DNA of 38,789 nt from Vampirovibrionales bacterium (GCA_044371965.1 JBILSS010000003.1:1-38789); one strand, 5' to 3'; counted from the stretch's first letter, positions 1 through 9,403 are shown. Made by a program: numbers and translations. Notes: generated from the letters alone by a model not told the origin.

Positions 1-179
1 CCACAATGGGCAGCGTACTTGTCACGGTTGGAAAGTTGCTTGCCGTTGGCTTCAGGCTTATATCTGCCAGCATGCACAACCCCTTTGGAATCAACACTGA
101 AGTGATAATGCTTTTTGTCGCTAGCGTTGGGGCTTAATCCGCCAGCCGTCCAATGTAAGCAGATATACTTTAGCTCCAT
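1..179 (-). CDS. N-acetylmuramoyl-L-alanine amidase (endolysin), 5' part; runs off the window edge
   Basis: Not in the ORF track. Manual translation from ATG at 179 gives MELKYICLHWTAGGLSPNASDKKHYHFSVDSKGVVHAG...YAAHC, with the Amidase_2-type LHWTAG and YHF motifs. It is coupled (TAATG) to the holin-like gene. Confidence 0.8.
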   Translation of the reverse strand, partial: MELKYICLHWTAGGLSPNASDKKHYHFSVDSKGVVHAGRYKPEANGKQLSNRDKYAAHC

Positions 180-490
180 TAGCGTAAGGCTCCTTCTTTA
201 TTGCTGACAGACGCTTCAAGGTTTCTCATTCGGGTATTCAAGCTGTCGATAGAAGTTGACATCTCGTGAACCACATCTTTAAGTTCATCAATGGAATGTT
301 TAAAGTCTTGAAGAAGTTTAATCGTATTCTCAATGCTTTGAATCAAAGATTTTAAGAAATCGCCGATACTGGGCTTGAGCAACCAAAACAAAAAAGCAAC
401 GACACACACCATTAACGCATTGCTAAAGACATTACCGACGATCATAAAAATCATGACATCAGGCGTGAATAGGTTTTGTAAATCTTGCAT
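179..490 (-). CDS. Holin-like membrane protein
   Basis: One N-terminal hydrophobic segment plus a C-terminal coiled coil, directly upstream of the amidase. Confidence 0.55.
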   Translation of the reverse strand: MQDLQNLFTPDVMIFMIVGNVFSNALMVCVVAFLFWLLKPSIGDFLKSLIQSIENTIKLLQDFKHSIDELKDVVHEMSTSIDSLNTRMRNLEASVSNKEGALR

Positions 491-503
491 CTTAAAAAAC
501 CTC

Positions 504-875
504 CTAACTGTTTAAAATGGCGAGTATGGCGGATTTAAGGGCTTCTTTGTTGGCGTCGCCTGTCACATCGACACCGTCAACCACATCGATCGCCGATTCT
601 AAATCGCCCCCACCCAAGGCAACGTAAACCAGTGTCGAAATCGGCAAGAACGCCGTTCGCACTTCTTGGGGCAGTTGAAGCATAAAGGCGATGAGTTCAT
701 CACGCTTTTGAAGGGGTGACTTAGGCAAGGTGGGTACGGCTTCCCAAAAGCCGTCGAGGGAATCCGCCTCAACCATCGTCTCATTGTCGCCTAACTCCCA
801 GTCTGCTTCCACCATGCGAAAGCCTGTGTAGGTGGCGTTTTCTTCATTGAAATTAGTGAATGCGTAAAACGGCAT
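504..875 (-). CDS. Phage protein, possible tail fibre assembly chaperone
   Basis: Acidic 123-aa ORF immediately after the tail fibre gene. Call is from position only. Confidence 0.4.
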   Translation of the reverse strand: MPFYAFTNFNEENATYTGFRMVEADWELGDNETMVEADSLDGFWEAVPTLPKSPLQKRDELIAFMLQLPQEVRTAFLPISTLVYVALGGGDLESAIDVVDGVDVTGDANKEALKSAILAILNS

Positions 876-886
876 AATGAAATCCT

Positions 887-1855
887 TTATAAGTTGATTG
901 AATATCCTGTAACAGCTATATCAAATCCGTTGATTGTGACTCGTGCGTCAATACTTTGACTGGCATTTGTAAGCACTTGAAACTCTCTCGAATGCCCTCC
1001 ATTTATAATGTCAAAGACATACTCCAGCGTTCCACCTGTTGGGCGGAACAAGAAAGCACCTGTTCCTCTTGCGGCACCAAACAGGGTCGCTGTTGTGGAT
1101 AGTGGAGGTACAAAAGAACTCAGCGAAAATGCGGCATAAGTCCCACTAGAAACTAGCCCGACCAAAGTAGTCGTGCCTGTCAATCCTGTGGTCGTGCCAT
1201 TTAAAGTGGTGGCATAACGCAGGCGTGAACTCTTACCTCTCCATGCTTCCATGTAAAACGGCAAGATGTTTGCTGAGCCGTCGGTTCTCAACGTCAAAGG
1301 CAACTGCACGACCTTTTGTGACGTTCCGCCGATCGTCAAGGTACTGGCTCCGTTGGTGGTGGAAGCAACATAACCGCCTGAATAGGCGTAGACGTAGTAC
1401 CATGTGTTGTTGGCAACGGTTAAGCCGTCAGCAAGTCCGTTGGCTCCGTTGGTGGCAAGGTCAAGGTTTCGGCTCGCACTGGCAAGCGTGATGTTCGCTG
1501 TGTTGTCTTGAGTTCTTGCGTTCAAGGCTCCGTTGAAGTTGACTCGCTTGGGTTGAGCTGAATCGTAGGTGGGAACAGGGGCGTTTAAGTATCCGTTTGG
1601 GAAAACGGTATTGCTGACAATGCTCGTGACAATTGCCGTCAATAATTGCGTGTTGGTCGCATTGTTAAAGGTCAATCCAGCCTGTTCAATCACATACTGG
1701 ACTTGTTCCGCCACTTTCTTTAAGTAAACATCATTGCTCCCTAATCTTACGGCGGCTTTGTTTAAAACCGCCGTTTCCCCACCAAGCACAGGGTCGGTCG
1801 TTTCGATGCGATAGACATCGGGGCTAAACGTATTGGTCAACGTCAAGTTTGCCAT
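887..1855 (-). CDS. Tail fibre protein
   Basis: Follows the gpI-like gene. The N-terminus (VYRIETTDPVLGG...L..N.VYLK) is typical of P2-like fibre anchor domains, and the body is T/N/G/A-rich. Confidence 0.75.
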   Translation of the reverse strand: MANLTLTNTFSPDVYRIETTDPVLGGETAVLNKAAVRLGSNDVYLKKVAEQVQYVIEQAGLTFNNATNTQLLTAIVTSIVSNTVFPNGYLNAPVPTYDSAQPKRVNFNGALNARTQDNTANITLASASRNLDLATNGANGLADGLTVANNTWYYVYAYSGGYVASTTNGASTLTIGGTSQKVVQLPLTLRTDGSANILPFYMEAWRGKSSRLRYATTLNGTTTGLTGTTTLVGLVSSGTYAAFSLSSFVPPLSTTATLFGAARGTGAFLFRPTGGTLEYVFDIINGGHSREFQVLTNASQSIDARVTINGFDIAVTGYSINL

Positions 1856-1856
1856 A

Positions 1857-2462
1857 TTACACTACTCCTGCGGTAAAAGTACCGTCTGCTACAATTGAAC
1901 CATCACAGATATTGGATGCCTGCACAAAGCTAATTTCATTCAACACACATCGAGCAGGGGTAACCAATTTAAGCAGTTGCCGAATATCGTAAGACTGCTG
2001 AATGCTAATCGCACGATTCAATTTGATGTTATATTTGGCGAAAGAGTCTGAACTTCCGCAGTCATACGTGCCGTCTGCATAAATCGAACCGTCACAAAAG
2101 GCATCGCCAACCCCTTCATCGACGACGATGTCGTAATCGGGGAAATCGTCAATACCTGTTTTGCAGATTTTCACGGTTCCCCAGCCCAAACTTTCCAACG
2201 CCAAACGCACCGAAAGCACCGTGCCTTTTCGGCGATGCGTTTCAATCGAATTGGCAATCGCCAAACGCTTCACTTCATCGCTCGCTAGGGGGTTCCAATA
2301 ATCTAAGCTAAAGCCCCACGCCAACCATGGTAACAGTGCCACAGGGCAAGTTGCAGGATTCCAAAGCGTCGTAAACTCAAAGAAAACGCTCGTGCATTTT
2401 TCGCCGAGTTGATCAAAGGCGACTTCTAAAGGGCTACGATTGGGAGGAAGCAGGCTCATCAT
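1857..2462 (-). CDS. P2 gpI-like baseplate/tail protein
   Basis: SLLPPNRSPLE, LWNPATCPVALLPWLAW and HRRKGT motifs of the Tail_P2_I family. Confidence 0.9.
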   Translation of the reverse strand: MMSLLPPNRSPLEVAFDQLGEKCTSVFFEFTTLWNPATCPVALLPWLAWGFSLDYWNPLASDEVKRLAIANSIETHRRKGTVLSVRLALESLGWGTVKICKTGIDDFPDYDIVVDEGVGDAFCDGSIYADGTYDCGSSDSFAKYNIKLNRAISIQQSYDIRQLLKLVTPARCVLNEISFVQASNICDGSIVADGTFTAGVV

Positions 2463-2463
2463 C

Positions 2464-3354
2464 TTAAACCGCCTCCGTCACAGAAATAGCCGTGCAGTAA
2501 GGGGCTTGTGTTGCGGAAGCCACGACGTTCGCCGTGGGAGCAGTCAAACTCACAGACTCGACCCCTGCTTGATGCAAGGCAGCATAAAGCCCCGACAAAC
2601 TCACCGTAGCCCCCACTTTGTGTTGAGCATCCACATAAGCCGTTAAAGCCTCTTGAGCCGTTTCTAAAACAATCGCCATGTCTGGTCCCGTAAATAACGT
2701 AAGCTCTGCCGTCACGCTATAGTTTAAAATTGAAGCCGAAACAACTTCGACGGTATCCGTAAACGGACGCACACTTTCGGCGTTCAAGGCATTTTCCACC
2801 GCCGTCAATAAAGGTGTGCCTGCGGTTCCTGACCCTGTACGAGAAAGCACCGATACCTGCACCGTGCCTGCCGTCGGTTGTGTAATACCCACATCTTTCA
2901 CATCCGCATCAGCACTTAGGGCATGGAAGCGATAGGCTCCCACGCTTCCAGCGGTGCTAAATCCTTCTAAAGACAACTGAATCCGCTCTCTAAAATTATC
3001 GTCACTTTCCAACACCGCCTCAACAGGAGGAAAGGCTAACGGATCCGCAGGGATTAAAACAAAGCGTTCAACGCCGTAAAAGGCTCCCAACTGATCCAAG
3101 TTTGAGCCAATGGCATAGGCGAGCATGCACTGCTTCGCCGATTCATTGATGCGGTTTCTTAGCAATAACTCACGATACGCCATCGTTTCCAAAACCAAAT
3201 AAGCAGGATCGCTCGGCAAAATACCTGTGAACAAATCAGGATTAAGGGCTTGTAAGTACACCAAGGACTCGTTTAAAATTGTCGTAAAGTCTAAAGGCTC
3301 CACCACGGTGGGGGCTGGCAATTGGCTTAAATCAATGGCGGTAAACTCACTCAT
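2464..3354 (-). CDS. P2 gpJ-like baseplate assembly protein
   Basis: IDLSQLPAPTVVEPLDF, YRELLLRNRINE and STAGSVGAYRFHALSAD motifs. Confidence 0.93.
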   Translation of the reverse strand: MSEFTAIDLSQLPAPTVVEPLDFTTILNESLVYLQALNPDLFTGILPSDPAYLVLETMAYRELLLRNRINESAKQCMLAYAIGSNLDQLGAFYGVERFVLIPADPLAFPPVEAVLESDDNFRERIQLSLEGFSTAGSVGAYRFHALSADADVKDVGITQPTAGTVQVSVLSRTGSGTAGTPLLTAVENALNAESVRPFTDTVEVVSASILNYSVTAELTLFTGPDMAIVLETAQEALTAYVDAQHKVGATVSLSGLYAALHQAGVESVSLTAPTANVVASATQAPYCTAISVTEAV

Positions 3355-3689
3355 TAGCGTACTTGCACCCCTTGAATGTTAATCGGTTGACCGTTGGCTA
3401 AGATCTCGGCGGACACATCGATCGTCGCCTTGCCTGTTTCATCAGACTTAACAGACACCTGCTTGACGCTAATGCGTGGTTCCCATAAAGCGAGGGCATC
3501 CGCCGATGCCGCAATCATCTTGAGTTTGGTGGACGCATTCATAGGGGCATCCGTAAGCTGAAAGAGCTGGGAGCCATACGCACGGTTCATCACCCGAGAT
3601 CCTAACGGCGTGGTGAGAATATGCCCCACACTTTGGCGGATGTGGTCGGGGATATTTAAGCTGGTGCCGACGTGCCGATTCATACCCAT
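3354..3689 (-). CDS. GPW/gp25 baseplate wedge protein
   Basis: HIRQSVGHILTTPLGSRVMNRAYGS and WEPRI motifs. Confidence 0.93.
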   Translation of the reverse strand: MGMNRHVGTSLNIPDHIRQSVGHILTTPLGSRVMNRAYGSQLFQLTDAPMNASTKLKMIAASADALALWEPRISVKQVSVKSDETGKATIDVSAEILANGQPINIQGVQVR

Positions 3690-3718
3690 TGGGGAGCCTC
3701 CAAAGCTTTTACCTGTTC

Positions 3719-3752
3719 AGCTTAGCAAGTCTCCCTCCTTGTTTCTTGGGCA
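3719..3752 (-). promoter_or_regulatory. Putative activator-dependent late promoter, copy upstream of gpW
   Basis: TGCCCAAGAAA (3752-3742), a 17-nt spacer and TAAGCT (3724-3719). The same geometry occurs at three other sites. Confidence 0.6.
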
Positions 3753-3761
3753 ACGATACGC

Positions 3762-3791
3762 AAAAAAATCCCCGATGCTCATGCGTCGGGG
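3762..3791 (-). terminator. Intrinsic terminator after the spike gene
   Basis: CCCCGACGC-ATGA-GCATCGGGG stem (one mismatch) followed by ATTTTTTT on the minus strand. Confidence 0.55.
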
Positions 3792-3828
3792 GATGATGAT
3801 AGGGATTTCATCGGACGTTAAATTAAGA

Positions 3829-4377
3829 CTAAGACATGGGAGGCGTGGCTCCTGCCCCACCGTGGTTGTGGCTGTTGTACTGGCTACGCATTGTTGCCAT
3901 CGTGCCTGTGGCATCGGCGACGGTGCTTCCTACAATAGCCCCACTTACTGTTAAATTGCCTTGAATTGAAATACTTCCTTGCCACGTCGTCAATGGGCAG
4001 GTCACCGCAAGGGAACCTGTCGAATCCACCGTAAGGGCTTTGGTGCTTGTGTTGTACATGAGCTTTGTGCCGTCGCCAAAATCGATGTAGTGCTGATTGG
4101 CGGTTCCGCCCGAAGCCCCCACAACACCGCCTAAGGCAAAGGCATGTTCCCAATTGTGATCAGGCACGATTAAAACGCAGTGTGTGCCGATGCTTGGCAC
4201 GCTCCACACCTTCACCGCTCCCCATGCAGGAGACACCCATGGAATCCAATCCGTGACCAATTCGCCGTCGTCGACTTTCACTCGAGCAGTCGTGGCATCA
4301 ATGGCGACCACTTCGCCTGCTGTCGTGCTTTGGGCTTGCTGGCGTTGCGTTTCCGCAAGGGCATACTGATTAAACAT
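3829..4377 (-). CDS. P2 gpV-like baseplate spike
   Basis: ARVKV...TDWIPW...WSVPSIG OB-fold motifs and a C-terminal HNH (HxH metal-binding tip). Confidence 0.9.
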   Translation of the reverse strand: MFNQYALAETQRQQAQSTTAGEVVAIDATTARVKVDDGELVTDWIPWVSPAWGAVKVWSVPSIGTHCVLIVPDHNWEHAFALGGVVGASGGTANQHYIDFGDGTKLMYNTSTKALTVDSTGSLAVTCPLTTWQGSISIQGNLTVSGAIVGSTVADATGTMATMRSQYNSHNHGGAGATPPMS

Positions 4378-4910
4378 TAAAGAATCACCTCCGTGCTAGG
4401 GTTGGCTCCGTTGACGGTAACGTAAGCAGAAATATGCTCAAACTCCACCGTAAGCGGATCTTCCCAAATGTTTATCCCTGCCAAGGCTTCCGTGTGGGCT
4501 TCAATGAGCATGACCGCATACTTTCGGTTTTTATCGTCCATCATAAAGTCGGTGGTGATGTCGTCGATTTTAAAGTGCTTAATGGGTTGATCAAACTGAT
4601 TCAAGTGAATCGCTTGAGCCACCTTTAATGCCAAGCCTCGTGCCTTGAGCTGGGCGTTGCCTTCATCAATCAAGACGACTCGAAATTCAAAGTCCAACTG
4701 CACACGCAATTGCTCGCCACCGCCTTGTTCCGCTACAGGGTTCATGCGGTTACATTCAATCGTCAGCAAGGGAAAGTCTTGTCCATGCCACGTTTCAAAG
4801 TCTATAAAGGTATAATCCGCCTTAATGGTTTTTAAGGCAGGCACAGCCGTTGCCAACGCTTCGGCAATCGCCGTGTGCAAGTCCTGTAAATTAACGGCAG
4901 GAATATCCAT
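4377..4910 (-). CDS. Tail completion/terminator protein (Gp37/gpU-like)
   Basis: Lies between the gpZ-like and gpV genes. The LQDLHTAIAEAL N-terminus is typical of this neck family. Confidence 0.55.
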   Translation of the reverse strand: MDIPAVNLQDLHTAIAEALATAVPALKTIKADYTFIDFETWHGQDFPLLTIECNRMNPVAEQGGGEQLRVQLDFEFRVVLIDEGNAQLKARGLALKVAQAIHLNQFDQPIKHFKIDDITTDFMMDDKNRKYAVMLIEAHTEALAGINIWEDPLTVEFEHISAYVTVNGANPSTEVIL

Positions 4911-5411
4911 TTAAATCGCTCCTAATCGGTGTAAGTGATGCTCGTAACGGCTTACAAAGTAAGCAATCATCTGTTCTAAAACGCCATCCATTAAAGATTC
5001 TGATTCCGTCACAGGCATATCTTGCTTGACTTTAATAATCGGCAATCGACTATTGCCTAGTCGCATGTAGACGCTTTTTTTAGGACTGTTCTTTTTGAAA
5101 AACGCCCCTTCATACTGAACTTTGTTTGCCTTGATACCTCGTGCGGTTTGGGTTGGCTTTAAATAAGCCAAATCCACAGGGTTTAAGCCCAAGAAAACCG
5201 AGCCTTTGCCTTCAGACGCTTGAATACGTTGCAACAACCGCTTTTTCAACACAGAAGCAGGCACTAGCCCCTTGAGTTCTTTTTGTACTAAGCTTCGCCC
5301 TCTACGAGTGGCATCACTCAAGGCAAAACGCTTGGCTTTTTCTGCTTCACTCCCTAGGCTTTTAATCCATTGATCAAGGGGGGCTTTATTAAATTTGGCA
5401 CTTATTGCCAT
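4911..5411 (-). CDS. Minor tail protein Z-like (neck)
   Basis: Basic protein with FLGLNPV and YEGAF...VYMRLGNSRLPI motifs resembling lambda gpZ. Confidence 0.65.
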   Translation of the reverse strand: MAISAKFNKAPLDQWIKSLGSEAEKAKRFALSDATRRGRSLVQKELKGLVPASVLKKRLLQRIQASEGKGSVFLGLNPVDLAYLKPTQTARGIKANKVQYEGAFFKKNSPKKSVYMRLGNSRLPIIKVKQDMPVTESESLMDGVLEQMIAYFVSRYEHHLHRLGAI

Positions 5412-5776
5412 TCAAAGACCTCCTCTTCTTCCGTATTGGAACCTGTCGCAATATCGTTGACGTGATTAAGCGTCAAGCCAAACCGAACGAGACCAAACTC
5501 GTCATGCAAGGCATGGGTAATGCGGTAATTCGTCTCATGGATCGTGACAATATCATCACGCTTGAGACCTTGCGACTCACTCATCTGCATAATCGCCACA
5601 GCCTCCGCTTCCTCTAAAGTCAAAATACCTAAACGCACCAACATTTCAGGCGACTGTAAAATACAAAGGGCTTCATGCGGTTCGCCGTCTTTCACCCAAG
5701 CAATAGATTGAGCAAACTCATCGCCGTCAAAGAGTTCATTTAAATCGGGTAAGGGTAACATCTTAATCTCCTTCAC
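5402..5776 (-). CDS. Head-tail joining protein (gpFII-like)
   Basis: LFDGDEFA N-terminus and GLKRDDIVTIHETNYRI...DEFGLVRFGL beta-barrel pattern, upstream of the gpZ-like gene. Confidence 0.6.
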   Translation of the reverse strand: MKEIKMLPLPDLNELFDGDEFAQSIAWVKDGEPHEALCILQSPEMLVRLGILTLEEAEAVAIMQMSESQGLKRDDIVTIHETNYRITHALHDEFGLVRFGLTLNHVNDIATGSNTEEEEVFEWQ

Positions 5777-6752
5777 AGTTTAATTGGGTGGTTAACCCTT
5801 GGGTTAAATCGAAATTATGGGTGACTCGTATAATCTGCCACGTCACCCCTGCAATCGGCGGTGTCGTGCCTGTAATCGTGACTTTGTGCAAGGCAAAGAT
5901 AGATGTATCGCCTAAGGGGAGTTTCAGGCTCAAGCGTCGGCTTGATTTCTGTGTCTGATTCAAGTGAGCTGATGCCGCCTGTTGGGCTTGGCTCAAACTG
6001 GGGAAGACGGTTTTTAAGCGTCGCACAGGCTCCCCCGAACCAACAATAATACTTTCGGCTTTCTTTTGCGTGCGTGAACGGTAACGTGCCACGCATGAAC
6101 CGCCTTCGCCACGTCCGCCGTCGCTGTACTGTAGACTGCTGACTTCTTTTGCATTAAAGCGATGAAGGGGCAGGTTTTGACCTGTAGGCGTAATCAATGA
6201 GCCAAGGGCTTGAAAAATGAGGGAGCCGCCATTAATTTTAAACGTGGCATGATTCGTGCGTGCCAAGCGTTGCACCAAGTGCAGATCGCTTTCTTGCCTT
6301 TGATAAAAAGCCGTCATGGGAATACCTGCCAAGGAAGGACTAATCGACGCATTCAAGCCATTCCGCTTAGCGATGCTTTGAAGCACAACGCCTAGCGTCC
6401 CTGCTTGCCACGCTTGCGTTCGTTGGCTCTGCATTTGCTTATAGCTGGCATTTGTATTGAGGGGAGTCCCCTTGCATCGCAAGACAACCAAGCGACTGTC
6501 TTCGTCGATTTCTCGTTCATCCACCACATACCGCCCGACTTTAATCAAGCCCGACTCAAGAAAGCCGATGCTAGCTTCAAGAATCGCCCCACGATGCGGA
6601 ATGACTAAAGTCGGCTGACGCACCAAAACCAATTCCAAGGCATCCGACTCGTCTTTCGCATCATCGGTGACGGAAAGTTCCACAAAAAGAGGCTTTAGTT
6701 TTTCAGTGACATCTTCACCATTGACGACGAGTTTAAAGGCAGGGGTTCGCAT
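5763..6752 (-). CDS. P2 gpD-like late control / baseplate hub protein
   Basis: PAFKLVVNGEDVT, LSVTDDAKDESDALEL and QRQESDLHLVQRLA motifs. Start taken at the ATG coupled to the gpX stop. Confidence 0.9.
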   Translation of the reverse strand: MRTPAFKLVVNGEDVTEKLKPLFVELSVTDDAKDESDALELVLVRQPTLVIPHRGAILEASIGFLESGLIKVGRYVVDEREIDEDSRLVVLRCKGTPLNTNASYKQMQSQRTQAWQAGTLGVVLQSIAKRNGLNASISPSLAGIPMTAFYQRQESDLHLVQRLARTNHATFKINGGSLIFQALGSLITPTGQNLPLHRFNAKEVSSLQYSDGGRGEGGSCVARYRSRTQKKAESIIVGSGEPVRRLKTVFPSLSQAQQAASAHLNQTQKSSRRLSLKLPLGDTSIFALHKVTITGTTPPIAGVTWQIIRVTHNFDLTQGLTTQLNCEGD

Positions 6753-6958
6753 TACCATAAGACAATCGCCTCCCCTTCATTACTGGGAGCCTTCCAGTCA
6801 GGCAGGGTAATCTTCATCCCTTGCGTCAATTCAGCAGGGGCATTGGCAATCAAGGGATTCGCTTCAAGCACGGTTAAAACGGCATCCGTACTGCCGTAAT
6901 GCTGAAAGCAAATCAAGTCGATCGTGTCGCCGTCGTGCGACGTGTAAAGTACCGTCAT
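6752..6958 (-). CDS. P2 gpX-like LysM tail protein
   Basis: YTSHDGDTIDLICFQHYG...VLEANP...ITLPD. Confidence 0.92.
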   Translation of the reverse strand: MTVLYTSHDGDTIDLICFQHYGSTDAVLTVLEANPLIANAPAELTQGMKITLPDWKAPSNEGEAIVLW

Positions 6959-7374
6959 TATTTACCCTCCACTCGGCTTAATTCAAGCCTTACTTTGGTT
7001 TTGAGCAATTGACCCGAAAGCGTGTATTGATCGCCCGACTCGCCGATGCTTTGAATCACCCAATTACCGTGGTTCTTACCCATGCCGTCATAGAGGGGGG
7101 CAGGCTTGCCCGAAGCAGCCAAGGCATCTAGCTTAGCCAAATCCACGCCGTTGTCATTTTCACGACCCAACTCCGACCGCAAGCCCTTGGCAAACAATAC
7201 GGCATCAACGGCATAGGTTTCTAAGCCACGCCCCATGTACTGGTGAACGACACCTGCTCCTAGCGTGTCTTGGCTGGTGTATCGGTACGTTTTACTGCGG
7301 CTCATGGATTCAAGGGCAAGGGTGCTGATTGTAAACTGCACGTCGCCCAGTTGCATCATAATGTCTTGACTCAT
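6958..7374 (-). CDS. P2 gpU-like tail tube initiator
   Basis: MMQLGDVQF, QYMGRG and LYDGMGKNHGNWVI motifs. Confidence 0.88.
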   Translation of the reverse strand: MSQDIMMQLGDVQFTISTLALESMSRSKTYRYTSQDTLGAGVVHQYMGRGLETYAVDAVLFAKGLRSELGRENDNGVDLAKLDALAASGKPAPLYDGMGKNHGNWVIQSIGESGDQYTLSGQLLKTKVRLELSRVEGK

Positions 7375-7399
7375 GCGAAAAATCCCCTTTCATACCTTA

Positions 7400-7433
7400 A
7401 GTATAAAAGGGGACTGTCTTTATTTCTTGGGCA
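7400..7433 (-). promoter_or_regulatory. Putative late promoter, copy upstream of gpU
   Basis: TGCCCAAGAAA (7433-7423), 17 nt, TATACT (7405-7400). Confidence 0.65.
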
Positions 7434-7447
7434 TAAATCGTAAGGAT

Positions 7448-7804
7448 TTAGAACTTGGGGGTGAGTCCAAACTTCTCAATCGTCATGCGTTCAATGAGTT
7501 CACCGACGCTAACGCCTGCTTCTTTCGCTTGGAGCTTCAAGGTCGCTTTGACATCCGCAAATAAACGAGTCGTCAAGTTTTGACGACCTAAGGCAGGTCG
7601 CCCCACCTTTTGGTTCATGTAGTGATTGCCTTGTTCAAAGGCTTCCCATTGAGACGCAAGCATTACGCCAAAAATCTGTATGGCTTCTTCTTTCGTGTCG
7701 CCACAGCCAATATGCACATCCCACAAATCGCTTTCAGCGACAAAGCATTCGCCTTCTTCGTCCCACCGTGTTTTAAGGGTTTTTAAAATATCACTTTGTT
7801 TCAT
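7448..7804 (-). CDS. hicB: HicB-family antitoxin with C-terminal DNA-binding domain
   Basis: WDEEGECFVAE...GCGDTKEEAI HicB motif plus a GRP/ribbon-helix-helix-like tail. Confidence 0.8.
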   Translation of the reverse strand: MKQSDILKTLKTRWDEEGECFVAESDLWDVHIGCGDTKEEAIQIFGVMLASQWEAFEQGNHYMNQKVGRPALGRQNLTTRLFADVKATLKLQAKEAGVSVGELIERMTIEKFGLTPKF

Positions 7805-7818
7805 TATGAGTAGGTTCC

Positions 7819-8040
7819 TTATGGGTTATTCGCTAAAAAAGCGTGGCATGTTTTAAGAACTTTACGGTAATAAGGCATCTTCACCATGCCTCTTTTGGCA
7901 TTCTTGCCGTGAGTCGTGGCAAAGGCAGTCACCCAACGGTGTTTCCAATAGATTTGATAATGTCCGCTGGCGTCTTGTTTGACGGTGAAGCCGAGGGCTT
8001 CCAATTCGGCTTTCAGTTGCTTAAAGGTAAACTCGGGCAT
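7819..8040 (-). CDS. hicA: HicA-family toxin
   Basis: Small basic protein, LKAELEALGF...SGHYQI with the conserved His, upstream of hicB. Confidence 0.75.
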   Translation of the reverse strand: MPEFTFKQLKAELEALGFTVKQDASGHYQIYWKHRWVTAFATTHGKNAKRGMVKMPYYRKVLKTCHAFLANNP

Positions 8041-8071
8041 GGGCGGTCTTTCCTGTGCTGGATATGCTTTT

Positions 8072-8115
8072 AGTATAATTCATAATTAGGATATTGTCAA
8101 TACCTTAATTATGAA
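8072..8115 (-). promoter_or_regulatory. hicAB sigma70 promoter overlapped by a palindromic operator
   Basis: TTGACA (8100-8095), 17 nt, TATACT (8077-8072). Inverted repeat TTCATAATTA (8079-8088) / TAATTATGAA (8106-8115) with inner TATTG-T-CAATA. Confidence 0.75.
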
Positions 8116-8123
8116 ACACAAAC

Positions 8124-8150
8124 AAAAAGGGAGCCGATGAAGGCTCCCTT
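8124..8150 (-). terminator. Intrinsic terminator
   Basis: AAGGGAGCC-TTCATC-GGCTCCC followed by TTTTT on the minus strand. Confidence 0.75.
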
Positions 8151-8158
8151 GGGGTTGC

Positions 8159-8974
8159 TTAAGCCTTAGATGCTATTTCTAAGACTTTTTCAACTTCACT
8201 TAACCGCCTGTTCAAGTCTTCAAGCGTGACAGGCTTCTTCGCAGGAGGCTCTATTTCTTTATAGCCTTTAAAATCACACCATGCCGCTAGTGCAAAGAGT
8301 CTTAAATCTAAGGCATCGGTGTCTCTGCCTTGCTGATTCACCCAAAACCAACCACCCTCAAGCTTGATGTATTGTTGTGACGTTAAGGACGAAAAATAAG
8401 CGTCACTGTTCATCCCGTACCTGAAATGGAAGGGGTATACGTCCCTATTGTTCAAGAGCTTGTAAAAGAAAGACTTGATTCGGTCATGGCTTATAAAATA
8501 AAGCGGAGCCTCCTCACGCTCGTCCATATCGTTCAGCTCGTCGTTAGAAAAAGAGCTGACCAACGGATGTTCCCCATAAACGACTTTACACATCGACACG
8601 CTAGAATCGACATCCTTGTCTTGCACAAACGCTAAGACTTGGCGTGGCAAAAAGCCACTGTCGATAAACGTGCGACCAATCGGCATAGGCTTGCCGTCTT
8701 CATGTTGGTAGACCTTGTTCAAGCGTTGATACAAAATGTCCCATATGTTTTTATTCGTGGGGTCACCATGAATGGCACCCCAATCGATCGACCAGCTTTC
8801 AAAGCGTTCGCCCCAACCCACCACTTCATATTCCAAACGGTTTTTAAACACCGCCACGCCTGCGGTTAACGCCAGTACCCCTTTAGGCACTTCGGCGTTG
8901 TACACTTCTAAACAGGCTCTTAAGTCTTCAGGGCGGACTTGGGGTTTTGTTTCTAATACAGTCGGATTCATCAT
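8159..8974 (-). CDS. Stand-alone paralog of the TerL (GpA) C-terminal nuclease domain, catalytic Asp replaced by Ala
   Basis: Aligns by eye with the nuclease half of 17409-19400 (VPKGVL.LTAGV, RLEYEV.GWG, FIDSGFLPR, ALDLR) but reads AGVAVF instead of AGVDVQ. No ATPase domain. Confidence 0.85.
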   Translation of the reverse strand: MMNPTVLETKPQVRPEDLRACLEVYNAEVPKGVLALTAGVAVFKNRLEYEVVGWGERFESWSIDWGAIHGDPTNKNIWDILYQRLNKVYQHEDGKPMPIGRTFIDSGFLPRQVLAFVQDKDVDSSVSMCKVVYGEHPLVSSFSNDELNDMDEREEAPLYFISHDRIKSFFYKLLNNRDVYPFHFRYGMNSDAYFSSLTSQQYIKLEGGWFWVNQQGRDTDALDLRLFALAAWCDFKGYKEIEPPAKKPVTLEDLNRRLSEVEKVLEIASKA

Positions 8975-8978
8975 AACC

Positions 8979-9350
8979 TTAGTTTCCTTTATTCTTAGGG
9001 GTATTTAACTCTTTTAAGCGTGCTTCAAAAATCAGCTTCTTCCGCCACGCCCGATCTTCTTCGAGCTTCTTGGCTTCGGCTTCACGCTTTTTCACCAACT
9101 CCGCATGCGTGGCTTTGCGTTCCAAACGCTTCACCTTCTCATGCTTCATGGGTTCGGCTCCGTGCAGAATCTGTAGAATCTGCTTCTTTTGTTGCAGATT
9201 CAAACGGTATTCTTTCGGAAATTCATGCACCACAGACCCCCCTTGGGGGTAGGTCGTGGTGACACGAATGTAGCCGAAATGCACTTCATGTTGCCCCAAC
9301 AGTTCGTGAGGCATCTCACCGCCTGTGGCGGTGTAGAGGTCGTTATTCAT
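8979..9350 (-). CDS. Hypothetical phage protein, basic helical C-terminus
   Basis: Good SD (AAAAGGA), co-oriented and 4 nt upstream of the nuclease paralog. Confidence 0.65.
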   Translation of the reverse strand: MNNDLYTATGGEMPHELLGQHEVHFGYIRVTTTYPQGGSVVHEFPKEYRLNLQQKKQILQILHGAEPMKHEKVKRLERKATHAELVKKREAEAKKLEEDRAWRKKLIFEARLKELNTPKNKGN

Positions 9351-9403
9351 TTGACTTTTTTCCTTTTCTAGGGGAATTCACAACGTAAAAAAGGGCTTGG
9401 ATG

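Noticed and set aside
504-1855. Tail-fibre diversification (invertase shufflon or DGR)
   Set aside because: No recombinase, reverse transcriptase or duplicated variable repeat was seen in the window.
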